In this document: positions 9,937-18,604 of the stretch, in pieces
How the letters are laid out: each line of letters begins with the position of its first letter
Position numbering within the stretch: position 1 is the first letter of the stretch
NCBI GenBank assembly: GCA_027620445.1
Contig: JAQBYG010000002.1
Span: forward strand, 1,130 to 65,129
Direction: 5' to 3'
DNA length: 64,000 bases
From: a bacterium
GTDB taxonomy: Bacteria; Patescibacteriota; Microgenomatia; UBA1400; PJMF01
Translations under genes and position numbers: made by a program
The notes under the pieces: model-generated
Seen by the model: only the letters and a program-made list of their open reading frames with translations
Told to the model about the DNA's origin: nothing
The model's database searches: none

Positions 9937-10114
9937 CTACTCAAATGTGACTCTTTATTTTTCTCTTTACAGAGAAGGTTTGAAGTACATCTCACGACAG
10001 TAGAATGCCGATGGGTTTCCGCAGATACTTTTTGCCTTACAGCAAAAGTCCGATCCCTAAGCCATAAAAACTTAGGCCCATTCCTCGTATCCCCAAAACT
10101 TGGGGCCACACGCT
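9937..10114 (-). ncRNA. glmS ribozyme (GlcN6P-activated), variant with core insertions
   Basis: Minus strand shows an A^GCG cleavage site, P1 CCCCAA/UUGGGG, ACGAGG, P2 AUGGG/CCCAU, AUCG, UGCGGA, P3 CGGCA/UGUCG, pseudoknot CUAC/GUAG and P4 capped by UUCUCU-GUAA-AGAGAA. Directly upstream of glmS. Confidence 0.88.
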
Positions 10115-10194
10115 CAGATTACAAATTCCGCTTACACCTCCTTTCACAACTCAATACAAAAGTGAGTATACACTGCTGATATACTTGTTAATTA

Positions 10195-10599
10195 ATGAAA
10201 TCAAAAATAAGCATCATCACGTTGGGCGTTTCAGATTTTGACCGTTCTTTTGCATTTTACTGTAAAGGACTAGGATTTCAGCCACATAACTACAGTGAGG
10301 GCGAGAACTATGTGATGCTTGAAATGGAAGGCACTTGGTTGGCGCTCTGTCCAAAAGAAACATTAATCAAAGATGTAGCACTTCCTATAGGAGAACCGGG
10401 GCTTTCTGAGATAACGCTTGCTCAGAACGTTGCTTCAAAAGAAATGGTTGACCAAGTATTCAAAGAAGCGCTTGCCGTTGGAGCCACCGTAATCAAAGAA
10501 CCCCAAGATGCATTTTGGGGAGGTTACTCTGGATATTTTGCTGACCCAGATGGATATTTGTGGGAAGTTGCTTACAATCCGTATACTGATTTGAGTTAA
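10195..10599 (+). CDS. VOC/glyoxalase family protein
   Basis: ISIITLGVSD and FWGGYSGYFADPDGYLWEV. Confidence 0.92.
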   Translation: MKSKISIITLGVSDFDRSFAFYCKGLGFQPHNYSEGENYVMLEMEGTWLALCPKETLIKDVALPIGEPGLSEITLAQNVASKEMVDQVFKEALAVGATVIKEPQDAFWGGYSGYFADPDGYLWEVAYNPYTDLS

Positions 10600-10711
10600 A
10601 AAGCTGCAACTAACTATTCACCTAAAATAAATCTTTCGATCCAAAGTAGTCAGTCTAGATTTGATATGATTGCTTTATGGGAAAAGCATAAATAGTTATG
10701 ACGAACGCACC

Positions 10712-11332
10712 ATGAGACTCTTCCTCTCCTCTGAAGCTAAGCATCCAGACAGTCTCGCAAAAATGAAGGATTTTGTCGACGGGTTTGAAGGCAAGCGAAT
10801 CGCCTATATTCCTACAGCAGCCAATGGTGAATATATAGGTTCATGGAAAAATGGGGGATCTATACAAGCTGTTCAAAATTTGGGTGCAACTGTTGCTGTT
10901 GTTGAGCTTGAAAATTACTACAAAGAAAACACGCTAGATCGAATTAACCAGGCTGATATTATTTGGATGGCAGGAGGAATGTCAGGATATTTACTGTATT
11001 GGATACGTCGGGTAGAGCTGGAAAAAATACTGCCCGATTATCTAGCTACCGGTAAAATCAATGTTGGTTCTAGCGCTGGAAGTATGATTTGTTCTAAATC
11101 CCAATCACTCGCAGATTGGTATATCGGTGAAACGGAGCTAGGTGCAAGTTTTATACCCGGCTTAGGTTTGATTGATTTTGAAATCTATCCTCATTACACC
11201 GATGATGTATATGAAGAGATAAATCGAAAATGGACAAAAGGAACGTTGTGTTTGTTAAAGAATGGTGAGATGATCACCAAAGATGGTGACAAAATTCAGG
11301 TGTTGGGAGAGGAAAGAATTATTAGGAAATAG
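10712..11332 (+). CDS. Peptidase E (S51) / type 1 glutamine amidotransferase-like protein
   Basis: YIPTA, IWMAGG, nucleophile motif GSSAGS, YPHY. Confidence 0.85.
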   Translation: MRLFLSSEAKHPDSLAKMKDFVDGFEGKRIAYIPTAANGEYIGSWKNGGSIQAVQNLGATVAVVELENYYKENTLDRINQADIIWMAGGMSGYLLYWIRRVELEKILPDYLATGKINVGSSAGSMICSKSQSLADWYIGETELGASFIPGLGLIDFEIYPHYTDDVYEEINRKWTKGTLCLLKNGEMITKDGDKIQVLGEERIIRK

Positions 11333-11336
11333 CGCA

Positions 11337-11855
11337 ATGAAAAACATATTGATTGCCAAAATTACTCAGTTGAATCTTAAGGAAGCGAGCGCGTTGGCTG
11401 ATGGTATTTTCTCAAACGAAGATGTGCCACCAAGTTTGGGACTGGCAGCGAGTTGCGATCCAGCGGCTTTACAGCTACTTAATAGCAACCGCGACAATAG
11501 ATTCAATTGGCTTAGATACTGGGTTGCCATAGATCAAGACACTGACGCAGTAGTAGGAACTGTGGGAATTTATGAAGAAAAAGCTGATTCGACCGATTCG
11601 TGTTGGTTGGGTTGGTACTGCGTAGACCCTTCATATAGAGGTCGGCATGTAGGGACGATGTTAATAGAGTTTGCAATTGATCAGGCTACCGTTTTAAACA
11701 AACACTATTTGAAAGTGTTTACTTCTGTAGGCGATGCTAGAACCGCAGCACATGCAGTATACAAAAAATATGGTTTTGAACCAATTCCAAAAAATCAATT
11801 GAAAAGCAAAGAAGCCAATACAATCTACTTGCAAAAAATACTTTCCATTGCCTAA
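11337..11855 (+). CDS. GNAT family N-acetyltransferase
   Basis: Motif A VDPSYRGRHVG and YKKYGF. Confidence 0.88.
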   Translation: MKNILIAKITQLNLKEASALADGIFSNEDVPPSLGLAASCDPAALQLLNSNRDNRFNWLRYWVAIDQDTDAVVGTVGIYEEKADSTDSCWLGWYCVDPSYRGRHVGTMLIEFAIDQATVLNKHYLKVFTSVGDARTAAHAVYKKYGFEPIPKNQLKSKEANTIYLQKILSIA

Positions 11856-11987
11856 TTCAACATCTGTATGACAACAAAAAACTGGAAAAAATTATTGTTC
11901 CAAATCATAAATACTCTTCTCTGTTGAGAAAGTTTGCGACGAAAATTGTTCAGGTCAGCTTGTTTAGAAAAAAAGTAGAGAGATAAT

Positions 11988-12088
11988 AAAAAAAGGAGGC
12001 ATTCCCGCGGTGAAGATAAATCTTACAACCTTTGGTAGTCCTCCTATCGTGATAGGTTAACTATACAAAACAATCTGCTGTTTAGCAA
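11988..12088 (-). ncRNA. Candidate orphan small RNA with its own promoter
   Basis: Minus-strand TTGCTA-17-TATAGT (12088-12060), then an imperfect hairpin closed by GGAGG/CCUCC and a U7 tract (11994-11988). Confidence 0.45.
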
Positions 12089-12102
12089 CAAAAAGACTCA
12101 AA

Positions 12103-12504
12103 CTACCAAAACAAATCCCAGAACGTCGGCTCATCCAACAATGTATATGAATCGACTCTGATTGCTGTAGTTGGGCCACTATAATTCTGGGCCCGATACT
12201 CTGACTTTGGCAACACGACCATCTCTCCCTTTAGCTTTACAACTGCGCCCGAATCTGCAGACGCAATATCACCCAATAGGGGAGTGTAATTCATTTTGTC
12301 TAAGTCGTATAACCGGTACAGAGGACCACAACCTTCTGGAATAAGACAGTCAACTTCGCTCCCGATCGACAAAAATCCAACATAGGTTGTTTTGAAAAAA
12401 GCCTCGCGTATGGCAATAACGAAAAGGAGACTGAGAGCTAGTACGAGCGAGACGAAAAAGGTGGTGACTAGTTTGGGGGAGGAAATTTTCAATTTTGGTG
12501 GCAT
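12103..12504 (-). CDS. Hypothetical membrane-anchored protein
   Basis: N-terminal hydrophobic helix and a Cys pair; no family recognised. Confidence 0.6.
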   Translation of the reverse strand: MPPKLKISSPKLVTTFFVSLVLALSLLFVIAIREAFFKTTYVGFLSIGSEVDCLIPEGCGPLYRLYDLDKMNYTPLLGDIASADSGAVVKLKGEMVVLPKSEYRAQNYSGPTTAIRVDSYTLLDEPTFWDLFW

Positions 12505-12565
12505 GTTGGACTAGAGTTACCTGGCCACTCTCAATTGTAGAGGAAATTTGGACTTACTACCAATT

Positions 12566-12898
12566 TTAAGCTTCCCTTTTTTCGAACCATTCTCTGTCCC
12601 GATTGAATTGCCATGGATCTCGTGTGTTCGACTTATGGATAGTTATCTCCCGCCAAACATCACCAACAACATACGGCTCTCTATCTAACCAGTTTTGAAG
12701 CTCTGTTTCAGAAGAAAAATCAACTACATACACAGATCCCTTCATAGTTCCATCATCATGCAAAAGAGCAGCGCCGTACCAGAGATTGCCACTGATCAAA
12801 AGCTTTTCTCCCATTTTGATATGGTCTTGCCTAACTGCTTGTCTACGGGAAGGGGCATCTGTGTCTACACCATCTAGTCCGATAACTACAAATTGCAT
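12566..12898 (-). CDS. YciI family protein
   Basis: RRQAVRQDH, GTMKGS, EPYVVGDVW. Confidence 0.85.
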   Translation of the reverse strand: MQFVVIGLDGVDTDAPSRRQAVRQDHIKMGEKLLISGNLWYGAALLHDDGTMKGSVYVVDFSSETELQNWLDREPYVVGDVWREITIHKSNTRDPWQFNRDREWFEKREA

Positions 12899-12905
12899 TG
12901 ACCTC

Positions 12906-14126
12906 CTAACTACTCATGGCTTGTGATTGTTTAGTTGCTATTTTATCAACTCGAAATATTGTCGCAAAAAATATGATGAGAATTCCTGCCAAAATAAACG
13001 GATACGTTGTGTGTTGATTTGCAAACCAACCCATCGTTAGGCCAACTACTGCACCATAGAGACTAACAAACAAATTTATTAGTGATAGTACTGTAGCTCT
13101 TATTTTCTCAGGGATAACTCCATTTTGGTAACTAGAGATAAGTGGGTTCTTAATTTCTGCAGTTCCGTAAGTAAATAGAAATGCAACAAAGGCTATTATT
13201 GGCGTAGGTGCTGCTGCCATAAAAAGGAAACCTATTCCTGGAAGAATTGTACTTGCTATCAAAGTTGTTCTTTTACCCAACCACTGCTCAATCATAAAGA
13301 TGTTCTTTTGTAAGCCAACAGCCAGCAATGCTCCAATCGCTGAGGCAATCCCCATGTTCATTGCTGTTAAGTTAAAGTGAACAAAGTATGGTTGAAATAA
13401 AGAGCCCAGTGTTCCCGAAAATGTAGCAGTAAAAACTGAAATAGCTGTCAACCACAATAAAAAGTTATTACCTCTAATATGTTGGATGCCATGCTTGAGA
13501 ATGATAATTGGAGATTCTTCTTCATGTTCGTATTCTTTTTTTGGCTCTTTTAAAGTGAAAGCTAAAAGCAACGCAATGAATACACTGCATGCTGTAAGAA
13601 AAACAGTAGTAAGAAATCTCTCTAGCGTAAACACAGGAACAAGCAAGCTACCTAGCAAGGGGGCTGCAAAAAAAGCTAAATAATATGCTGCCCCTTTAGC
13701 ACCCATGGCCTTTTTCATTTCATCTTCCCTTTTATCCTTTGGCAGGGTGTCATATATGAGAGCCTCAATACACCCTGAAGCAAAGGAAAACCCGACACCT
13801 GCAATTATGGCTATGACTACAAACACAAGATATGTGTCAGCAAAAATATACCAAACCTCTCCAATCAACTGAAGCAATAGTGCGATGATTATCGATTTTT
13901 TCCGACCGATTTTATCTGCGATTACACCTGTGGGAACTTCTGCTAAAAAGATTGTAGCTACAATAATTGACCAAATAGAGCTAACCTGGAATAAACTAAG
14001 GCTTCTTGCCTGAAGATAAAGTGTGCCAACATGTCCATATAAATACAAACTTGAAAAGAATGTAATTAAGGCAATTTTATGTATGTTGGTAAATTTCCTG
14101 ATGTTTAGTAGCTTTAGTAAATTCAT
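12906..14126 (-). CDS. MFS transporter
   Basis: Motif A EVPTGVIADKIGRKKS; about 12 TM helices. Confidence 0.92.
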   Translation of the reverse strand: MNLLKLLNIRKFTNIHKIALITFFSSLYLYGHVGTLYLQARSLSLFQVSSIWSIIVATIFLAEVPTGVIADKIGRKKSIIIALLLQLIGEVWYIFADTYLVFVVIAIIAGVGFSFASGCIEALIYDTLPKDKREDEMKKAMGAKGAAYYLAFFAAPLLGSLLVPVFTLERFLTTVFLTACSVFIALLLAFTLKEPKKEYEHEEESPIIILKHGIQHIRGNNFLLWLTAISVFTATFSGTLGSLFQPYFVHFNLTAMNMGIASAIGALLAVGLQKNIFMIEQWLGKRTTLIASTILPGIGFLFMAAAPTPIIAFVAFLFTYGTAEIKNPLISSYQNGVIPEKIRATVLSLINLFVSLYGAVVGLTMGWFANQHTTYPFILAGILIIFFATIFRVDKIATKQSQAMSS

Positions 14127-14163
14127 ACGATCCGGTCAACCACTTCGTGGAATCAGTCTTCTG

Positions 14164-14234
14164 AGCGGGTGAAGGGAATCGAACCCTCTTCTACTCCTTG
14201 GAAGGGAGTCATTCTACCAGTGAACTACACCCGC
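14164..14234 (-). tRNA. tRNA-Gly(TCC)
   Basis: Cloverleaf GCGGGTG...CACCCGC-T; anticodon arm ACTCC-CT TCC AA-GGAGT; no encoded CCA. Confidence 0.95.
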
Positions 14235-14246
14235 ACTGTGCCTATT

Positions 14247-15425
14247 CTACCTCGAAGTAGCGCTTGGCACAATTTTCTTGACCAAAATCACCAGTGCAAC
14301 CAACATCAGAAGACTCGAAAGACCAAAGATACCCGGCACATAAAAGGTTGCCACAAGACCCGCCATGATCGGACCCAGAATCTGACCAAAGGAAGTGAAC
14401 GACTGACTAATACCAAGAATTTTCCCTTGCTCTTTGTCTGGCGCACTTTCAGAGATAATGCCAGATAGCACCGGAGCCATAGCAGAATTTGGGAGCATAA
14501 AAAAGATCAAAACCAGAGTGAAAATTGGTAAAGTGCTCGCAAAGGCGAGAGCAAGCAAAGCAACTACGGCCAGTGCCAGCAAATACTTGAGCAAACGCTC
14601 TTTGGACGGCACAAACTTTTCGGCAAGCTTGATACCACCAGCCTGTGTAAGCAAGCTCACAAACCCCGCCAGAGTAAAGAGTATGCCAATTTCCCTTGGA
14701 CTTAGTTTGAGAATATCAACAGTAAACGACTGGAAGCCAATGATAAATGCATTGCCGGCTAGTGAGATTATGATCGTCAAAACCAGTAACATGCCGACGA
14801 CAGGCTTTTTGAGTGCGTCTGCCATCCGCAACGGATTAAGCATCGTGAAAGAGGAACTCAGCTCTGATCGCTTGTGCTTAGGATTTGTCTCATCGAGAAA
14901 AAAGAAACCGAGCAGTGTGCCAAGAAGAGCTAAACCAGAGGCAAACCAAAAGGGGAGAGTCAGACTGTACTCACTCAGAAACCCACCAAGTGCCGGACCA
15001 ATCAGAAAACCAAAACCAAAAGATGCGCCTAGCATGCCAAATGCACGCGCGCGCTTCTTCCCCTCGACAGAATCGGCAATCACAGCCTGAGCAACAGACA
15101 TGTTGCCACCGGTAACTCCATCCAAAATACGAGCTAGGAACAGCTGCCAAAGTGCTTGGGCAGACGCAAAAAAAGCGAGGGACAAGCATGTTCCGAAGAG
15201 GCTGATGAGGAGTAGAGGCTTACGACCGTATCGATCAGAGAGCGAGCCGATAACCGGCGTCGCCAAAAACTGAAAGAGGGAAAATGACGCAAACAGCATA
15301 CTCAAACCGAGTGGATTAATCCCAAATCGCGCGGCATACGGGTACAAAAGCGGAATAATCGTGCCGTAACTGAGCGCATTGATCATCATCACGAGCGCTA
15401 GGATAATGAGTGTTTTCTTTTTCAT
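14247..15425 (-). CDS. MFS transporter, TetA/DHA1-like
   Basis: GSLSDRYGRKP, ARILDGVTGG, GFLIGPALGG. Confidence 0.92.
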   Translation of the reverse strand: MKKKTLIILALVMMINALSYGTIIPLLYPYAARFGINPLGLSMLFASFSLFQFLATPVIGSLSDRYGRKPLLLISLFGTCLSLAFFASAQALWQLFLARILDGVTGGNMSVAQAVIADSVEGKKRARAFGMLGASFGFGFLIGPALGGFLSEYSLTLPFWFASGLALLGTLLGFFFLDETNPKHKRSELSSSFTMLNPLRMADALKKPVVGMLLVLTIIISLAGNAFIIGFQSFTVDILKLSPREIGILFTLAGFVSLLTQAGGIKLAEKFVPSKERLLKYLLALAVVALLALAFASTLPIFTLVLIFFMLPNSAMAPVLSGIISESAPDKEQGKILGISQSFTSFGQILGPIMAGLVATFYVPGIFGLSSLLMLVALVILVKKIVPSATSR

Positions 15426-15490
15426 GCCGAAGAAGGGATTATACCTAAGCCCCAAAAAATTGGCAGTGTTATATAATTTGCCTTAAGAAA

Positions 15491-15574
15491 GCCTCGGTGG
15501 CGGAATTGGTATACGCGTCAGACTTAAAATCTGATGGTCTTACGATCTTGTGGGTTCGAGTCCCACCCGAGGCA
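15491..15574 (+). tRNA. tRNA-Leu(TAA)
   Basis: GCCTCGG/CCGAGGC-A; anticodon arm TCAGA-CT TAA AA-TCTGA; long variable arm. Confidence 0.95.
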
Positions 15575-15575
15575 C

Positions 15576-16019
15576 ATGTTAGCAAAAAACACTCAAGAAC
15601 TACTTGCTATTTCAGTCTCTGATCAAGATGGAAGTGAGGTTAGTTTACAAAACCAACTCGGCCACTACACCGTCCTGTACTTTTACCCAAAAGACGACAC
15701 GCCGGGTTGCACCAAAGAAGCATGTAGCTTTCGCGATGCAGAGGCCGAGATGCAGAAACTTGGTGTAACAGTAATCGGCGTGAGTCCCGACAAACCAGCG
15801 TCACACCAGAAATTTCAGAAAAAATACTCACTATCGTTTCCACTCTGGTCTGATCCAGAACACAAACTAGCAGAAGCCTTTGGTGCTTGGGGAGGGAAAA
15901 TTTTGCGCTCAACATTTGTCATAGATCCGAAAGGAAAAATTGTGGCCGTCTGGCCAAAAGTAAAACCGGAAGCGCACGCCGAAGAAGTGCTAGAGTTTCT
16001 CAGGGAGAACTTGCTATAA
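15576..16019 (+). CDS. bcp: Peroxiredoxin (BCP/PrxQ)
   Basis: YFYPKDDTPGCTKEACSFRD. ATG 15576; the ORF-track extension overlaps the tRNA. Confidence 0.93.
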   Translation: MLAKNTQELLAISVSDQDGSEVSLQNQLGHYTVLYFYPKDDTPGCTKEACSFRDAEAEMQKLGVTVIGVSPDKPASHQKFQKKYSLSFPLWSDPEHKLAEAFGAWGGKILRSTFVIDPKGKIVAVWPKVKPEAHAEEVLEFLRENLL

Positions 16020-16034
16020 TACTGACCTTGTAGC

Positions 16035-16108
16035 CGGGGAGTAGCTCAGATGGCTAGAGTGCGCGCTTTGGGAGCGTGAGGTCGCAGGTTCGAGCCCTGT
16101 CTCCCCGA
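16035..16108 (+). tRNA. tRNA-Pro(TGG)
   Basis: CGGGGAG/CTCCCCG-A; anticodon arm CGCGC-TT TGG GA-GCGTG. Confidence 0.95.
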
Positions 16109-16112
16109 CAAC

Positions 16113-16868
16113 TTACTTTCGCAACACAAACAGCAAATTATTCGGCTGGCGTAAATGAAAAAAACCGTTCACTAATTTTTTTAGTCGATAGTACGAACCA
16201 AAAGCAGTGAAACGATAGATTGATTCGACTCTAAATCCTGCCGTCTCAACTTCGAACCGCAACAACTCCTCGCTGTACACACGCACATGCGCATTCGGAT
16301 TACTTGGCATCATTTCCTCCAAACCCTCATTAATCGGGACGCTCAAAAAAACTCGTCCATTTGGACTAACTACTCTATGCAGTTCTTTGAGAACAGTAAA
16401 AGTCTTTTGGGGCGAGATGTGTTCAAGCACCTCTATGAGGCAAACGGTATCGAATGCATTCTTTTTAAACGGCAGCTTAAAAAGATCAGCTTGCAGAAAA
16501 TGATAGCTTGGATACTGCTTCTTCAGTTTTTTTAGTGACTTGGTTGTAAAATCCGTTCCGGTGAGCACAACTTCATCTGCAAATTTTTTCCAAACGAGTG
16601 CTTCTAGGAAACCTTTTCCAGAGCCAAGGTTGAGAATGTTACTACCTGCCTGCATAAGCGAAACAACTGTTTGATTGCGATCACGCGCCATGGGAAATGT
16701 CTCTGCTTGCGCATCAGTAAATTTCTCTTCCCAAAACTGCGGTGTATTCCCATCTTCTATCTCAGGAAAATTGCTGCTGTACGTTTTTTTTAACTTTGTA
16801 AACTGACGACGAGCCAAATACTGTTTGCGCAGTCGCTCGGTATCAAAGCCTGTTTGTGGTTGTCGCAT
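16113..16868 (-). CDS. Class I SAM-dependent methyltransferase
   Basis: ILNLGSGKG, LPFKKNAFD, EVLEH. ATG 16868 avoids overlap with mutY. Confidence 0.85.
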   Translation of the reverse strand: MRQPQTGFDTERLRKQYLARRQFTKLKKTYSSNFPEIEDGNTPQFWEEKFTDAQAETFPMARDRNQTVVSLMQAGSNILNLGSGKGFLEALVWKKFADEVVLTGTDFTTKSLKKLKKQYPSYHFLQADLFKLPFKKNAFDTVCLIEVLEHISPQKTFTVLKELHRVVSPNGRVFLSVPINEGLEEMMPSNPNAHVRVYSEELLRFEVETAGFRVESIYRFTAFGSYYRLKKLVNGFFHLRQPNNLLFVLRK

Positions 16869-16892
16869 GTCTGCTAGTATAGCAACACAAAC

Positions 16893-17693
16893 ATGTTTCA
16901 GACCTACATCCGCAACTGGTATCTTCGCAACGGACGACATGAGCTGCCTTGGCGCCAAACGAGTGATCCATACCACATTCTCGTCTCAGAGCTAATGCTG
17001 CAACAGACGCAAGTCGAACGGGTTATTCCAAAGTATATGAGCTTCATACAAAAATTTCCTAACTTTGGGACGCTGGTCAAAGCAGAACAGGCAGAGGTGA
17101 TGCAGCTCTGGCAAGGACTTGGCTATAACCGACGAGCCAAGTATTTACACCAATGTGCGAAGCAAATAACGAATAAACCATTCCCAACGACGCTCACAGA
17201 GCTAGAGAAGCTACCTGGTATTGGTCCCTATACTGCGACTGCCATTTGTGCGTTTGCCTACAACCAACCCGTCACGATGATCGAGACCAATATCCGGACT
17301 GTCTTTTTGTATCACTTTTTTCCTGATCGAAGTGAGGTCAAGGATGTCGAGCTGTTGCCGCTCATCTGCGAAACACTTGATAACGACAATCCGCGCGAGT
17401 GGTACTGGGCACTGATGGATTATGGCTCGGTACTCAAAAAACTGACGGGCAACCACAATCGACGCAGTTCTAACTACACCAAACAGTCGAAGTTTGTTGG
17501 GTCTCTCAGACAAGTGCGCGGAGAAATTATTCGCTTGCTCACGCGGGCAACTGAGCTAACGGAAGCTGAGTTGCAAACGAAAATTACGGGCAACAAAACA
17601 CACTTTCCTGAGGCTTTTTTGCAGCTACAAAAAGAAGGTATGATACGCCATGGTAAAAAATCCGCGAACAGTCGGCTTGGGTGGCACCTTTGA
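16893..17693 (+). CDS. mutY: A/G-specific adenine glycosylase, MutY-like, lacking the Fe-S cysteine motif
   Basis: LPWR, VSELMLQQTQV, WQGLGYNRRA, HhH LPGIGPYTA; no Cys cluster after ALMDYG. Confidence 0.85.
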   Translation: MFQTYIRNWYLRNGRHELPWRQTSDPYHILVSELMLQQTQVERVIPKYMSFIQKFPNFGTLVKAEQAEVMQLWQGLGYNRRAKYLHQCAKQITNKPFPTTLTELEKLPGIGPYTATAICAFAYNQPVTMIETNIRTVFLYHFFPDRSEVKDVELLPLICETLDNDNPREWYWALMDYGSVLKKLTGNHNRRSSNYTKQSKFVGSLRQVRGEIIRLLTRATELTEAELQTKITGNKTHFPEAFLQLQKEGMIRHGKKSANSRLGWHL

Positions 17694-18600
17694 CCATTTC
17701 CATCTGGGACATCAGAAATTAATTTCTCAAGCAAGTGAAGTGGGTGAGAAACTCTTAATTGGCGTCACAACTGATGCTTTTGCACGACAACTCGAAAAAC
17801 AGTTTTCCGAATCATTGGAGTCTTACGAATCTCGATCAGCCAGTGTTTCCCGATTCTGTGAAACTTGGGGGTTTGAGTTCGAAGTATTTCCGCTCGATGA
17901 TCCCTATGGGCCCACACTCACAGCAGACACCAAAGTACAGCTCATCTGTGTTTCTACCGATACCAAAAAAACCGCTGACAAACTAAATCACCTACGGGCT
18001 GCTGCAGGATTAACTGAACTACCGGTAGAGATAGTTTCACTTGTGCGATTGGAAAGTGGTGAAATCTTGAGCAGTACGCTCATCCGTCAGGGCAGAGCAA
18101 ATCGAGCTGGAGAACTCTACGAATCAGTTCTGACAAAACCACTCACACTCAGCGAGACACAACGGGCGTTCTTTGCAAAACCGCAAGGGGAGTTCGTCGA
18201 AGAACCAGTAACAGAAAATGGTTTGCGAATAGTGGTTGGTGACTCGTCACTACAGAGATTTATTGCGAATAACTGGAAGTACGATCTGGGCGTCTTTGAT
18301 TATCAAATTGGAAGAAAGCCCTACGATTCACCAGTAATTGCGGCTGAGAACATTGATATTATCGCTGCAAACCCAGCTGGAGCAATCTCAACACACCTCG
18401 TCAGAGTCCTCAAAACTGCCTTAGAGAAAAAGATGTGCAACGTGTTTGTAGAAGGAGAAGAGGACTTGGCAGCGGTAGCTCTAGTGTTACTCGCACCCCT
18501 TGAGGCGGAGATCTTCTATGGGCAGCCAGGCGATGGTCTCGTCTGCATCAGCTGTACCGAAGAAAAGAAGAACACAATTTATAAAATCCTGCTACAGTAG
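17650..18600 (+). CDS. Archaeal-type phosphopantetheine adenylyltransferase fused to DUF359 (GTP-dependent dephospho-CoA kinase)
   Basis: N-terminal GGTFDHFHLGH, DPYGPT, LSSTLIR. C-terminal VVGD, NPAGAI, VEGEEDL, YGQPGDG. Confidence 0.82.
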   Translation: MVKNPRTVGLGGTFDHFHLGHQKLISQASEVGEKLLIGVTTDAFARQLEKQFSESLESYESRSASVSRFCETWGFEFEVFPLDDPYGPTLTADTKVQLICVSTDTKKTADKLNHLRAAAGLTELPVEIVSLVRLESGEILSSTLIRQGRANRAGELYESVLTKPLTLSETQRAFFAKPQGEFVEEPVTENGLRIVVGDSSLQRFIANNWKYDLGVFDYQIGRKPYDSPVIAAENIDIIAANPAGAISTHLVRVLKTALEKKMCNVFVEGEEDLAAVALVLLAPLEAEIFYGQPGDGLVCISCTEEKKNTIYKILLQ

Positions 18601-18604
18601 TACT

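Noticed and set aside
9813-10109. 98-aa ORF upstream of glmS
   Set aside because: It overlaps the ribozyme and the glmS start and has no protein motif.
12103-14164. Integrated island downstream of tRNA-Gly(TCC)
   Set aside because: The genes are AT-richer, but I found no duplicated tRNA 3' end or mobility gene.
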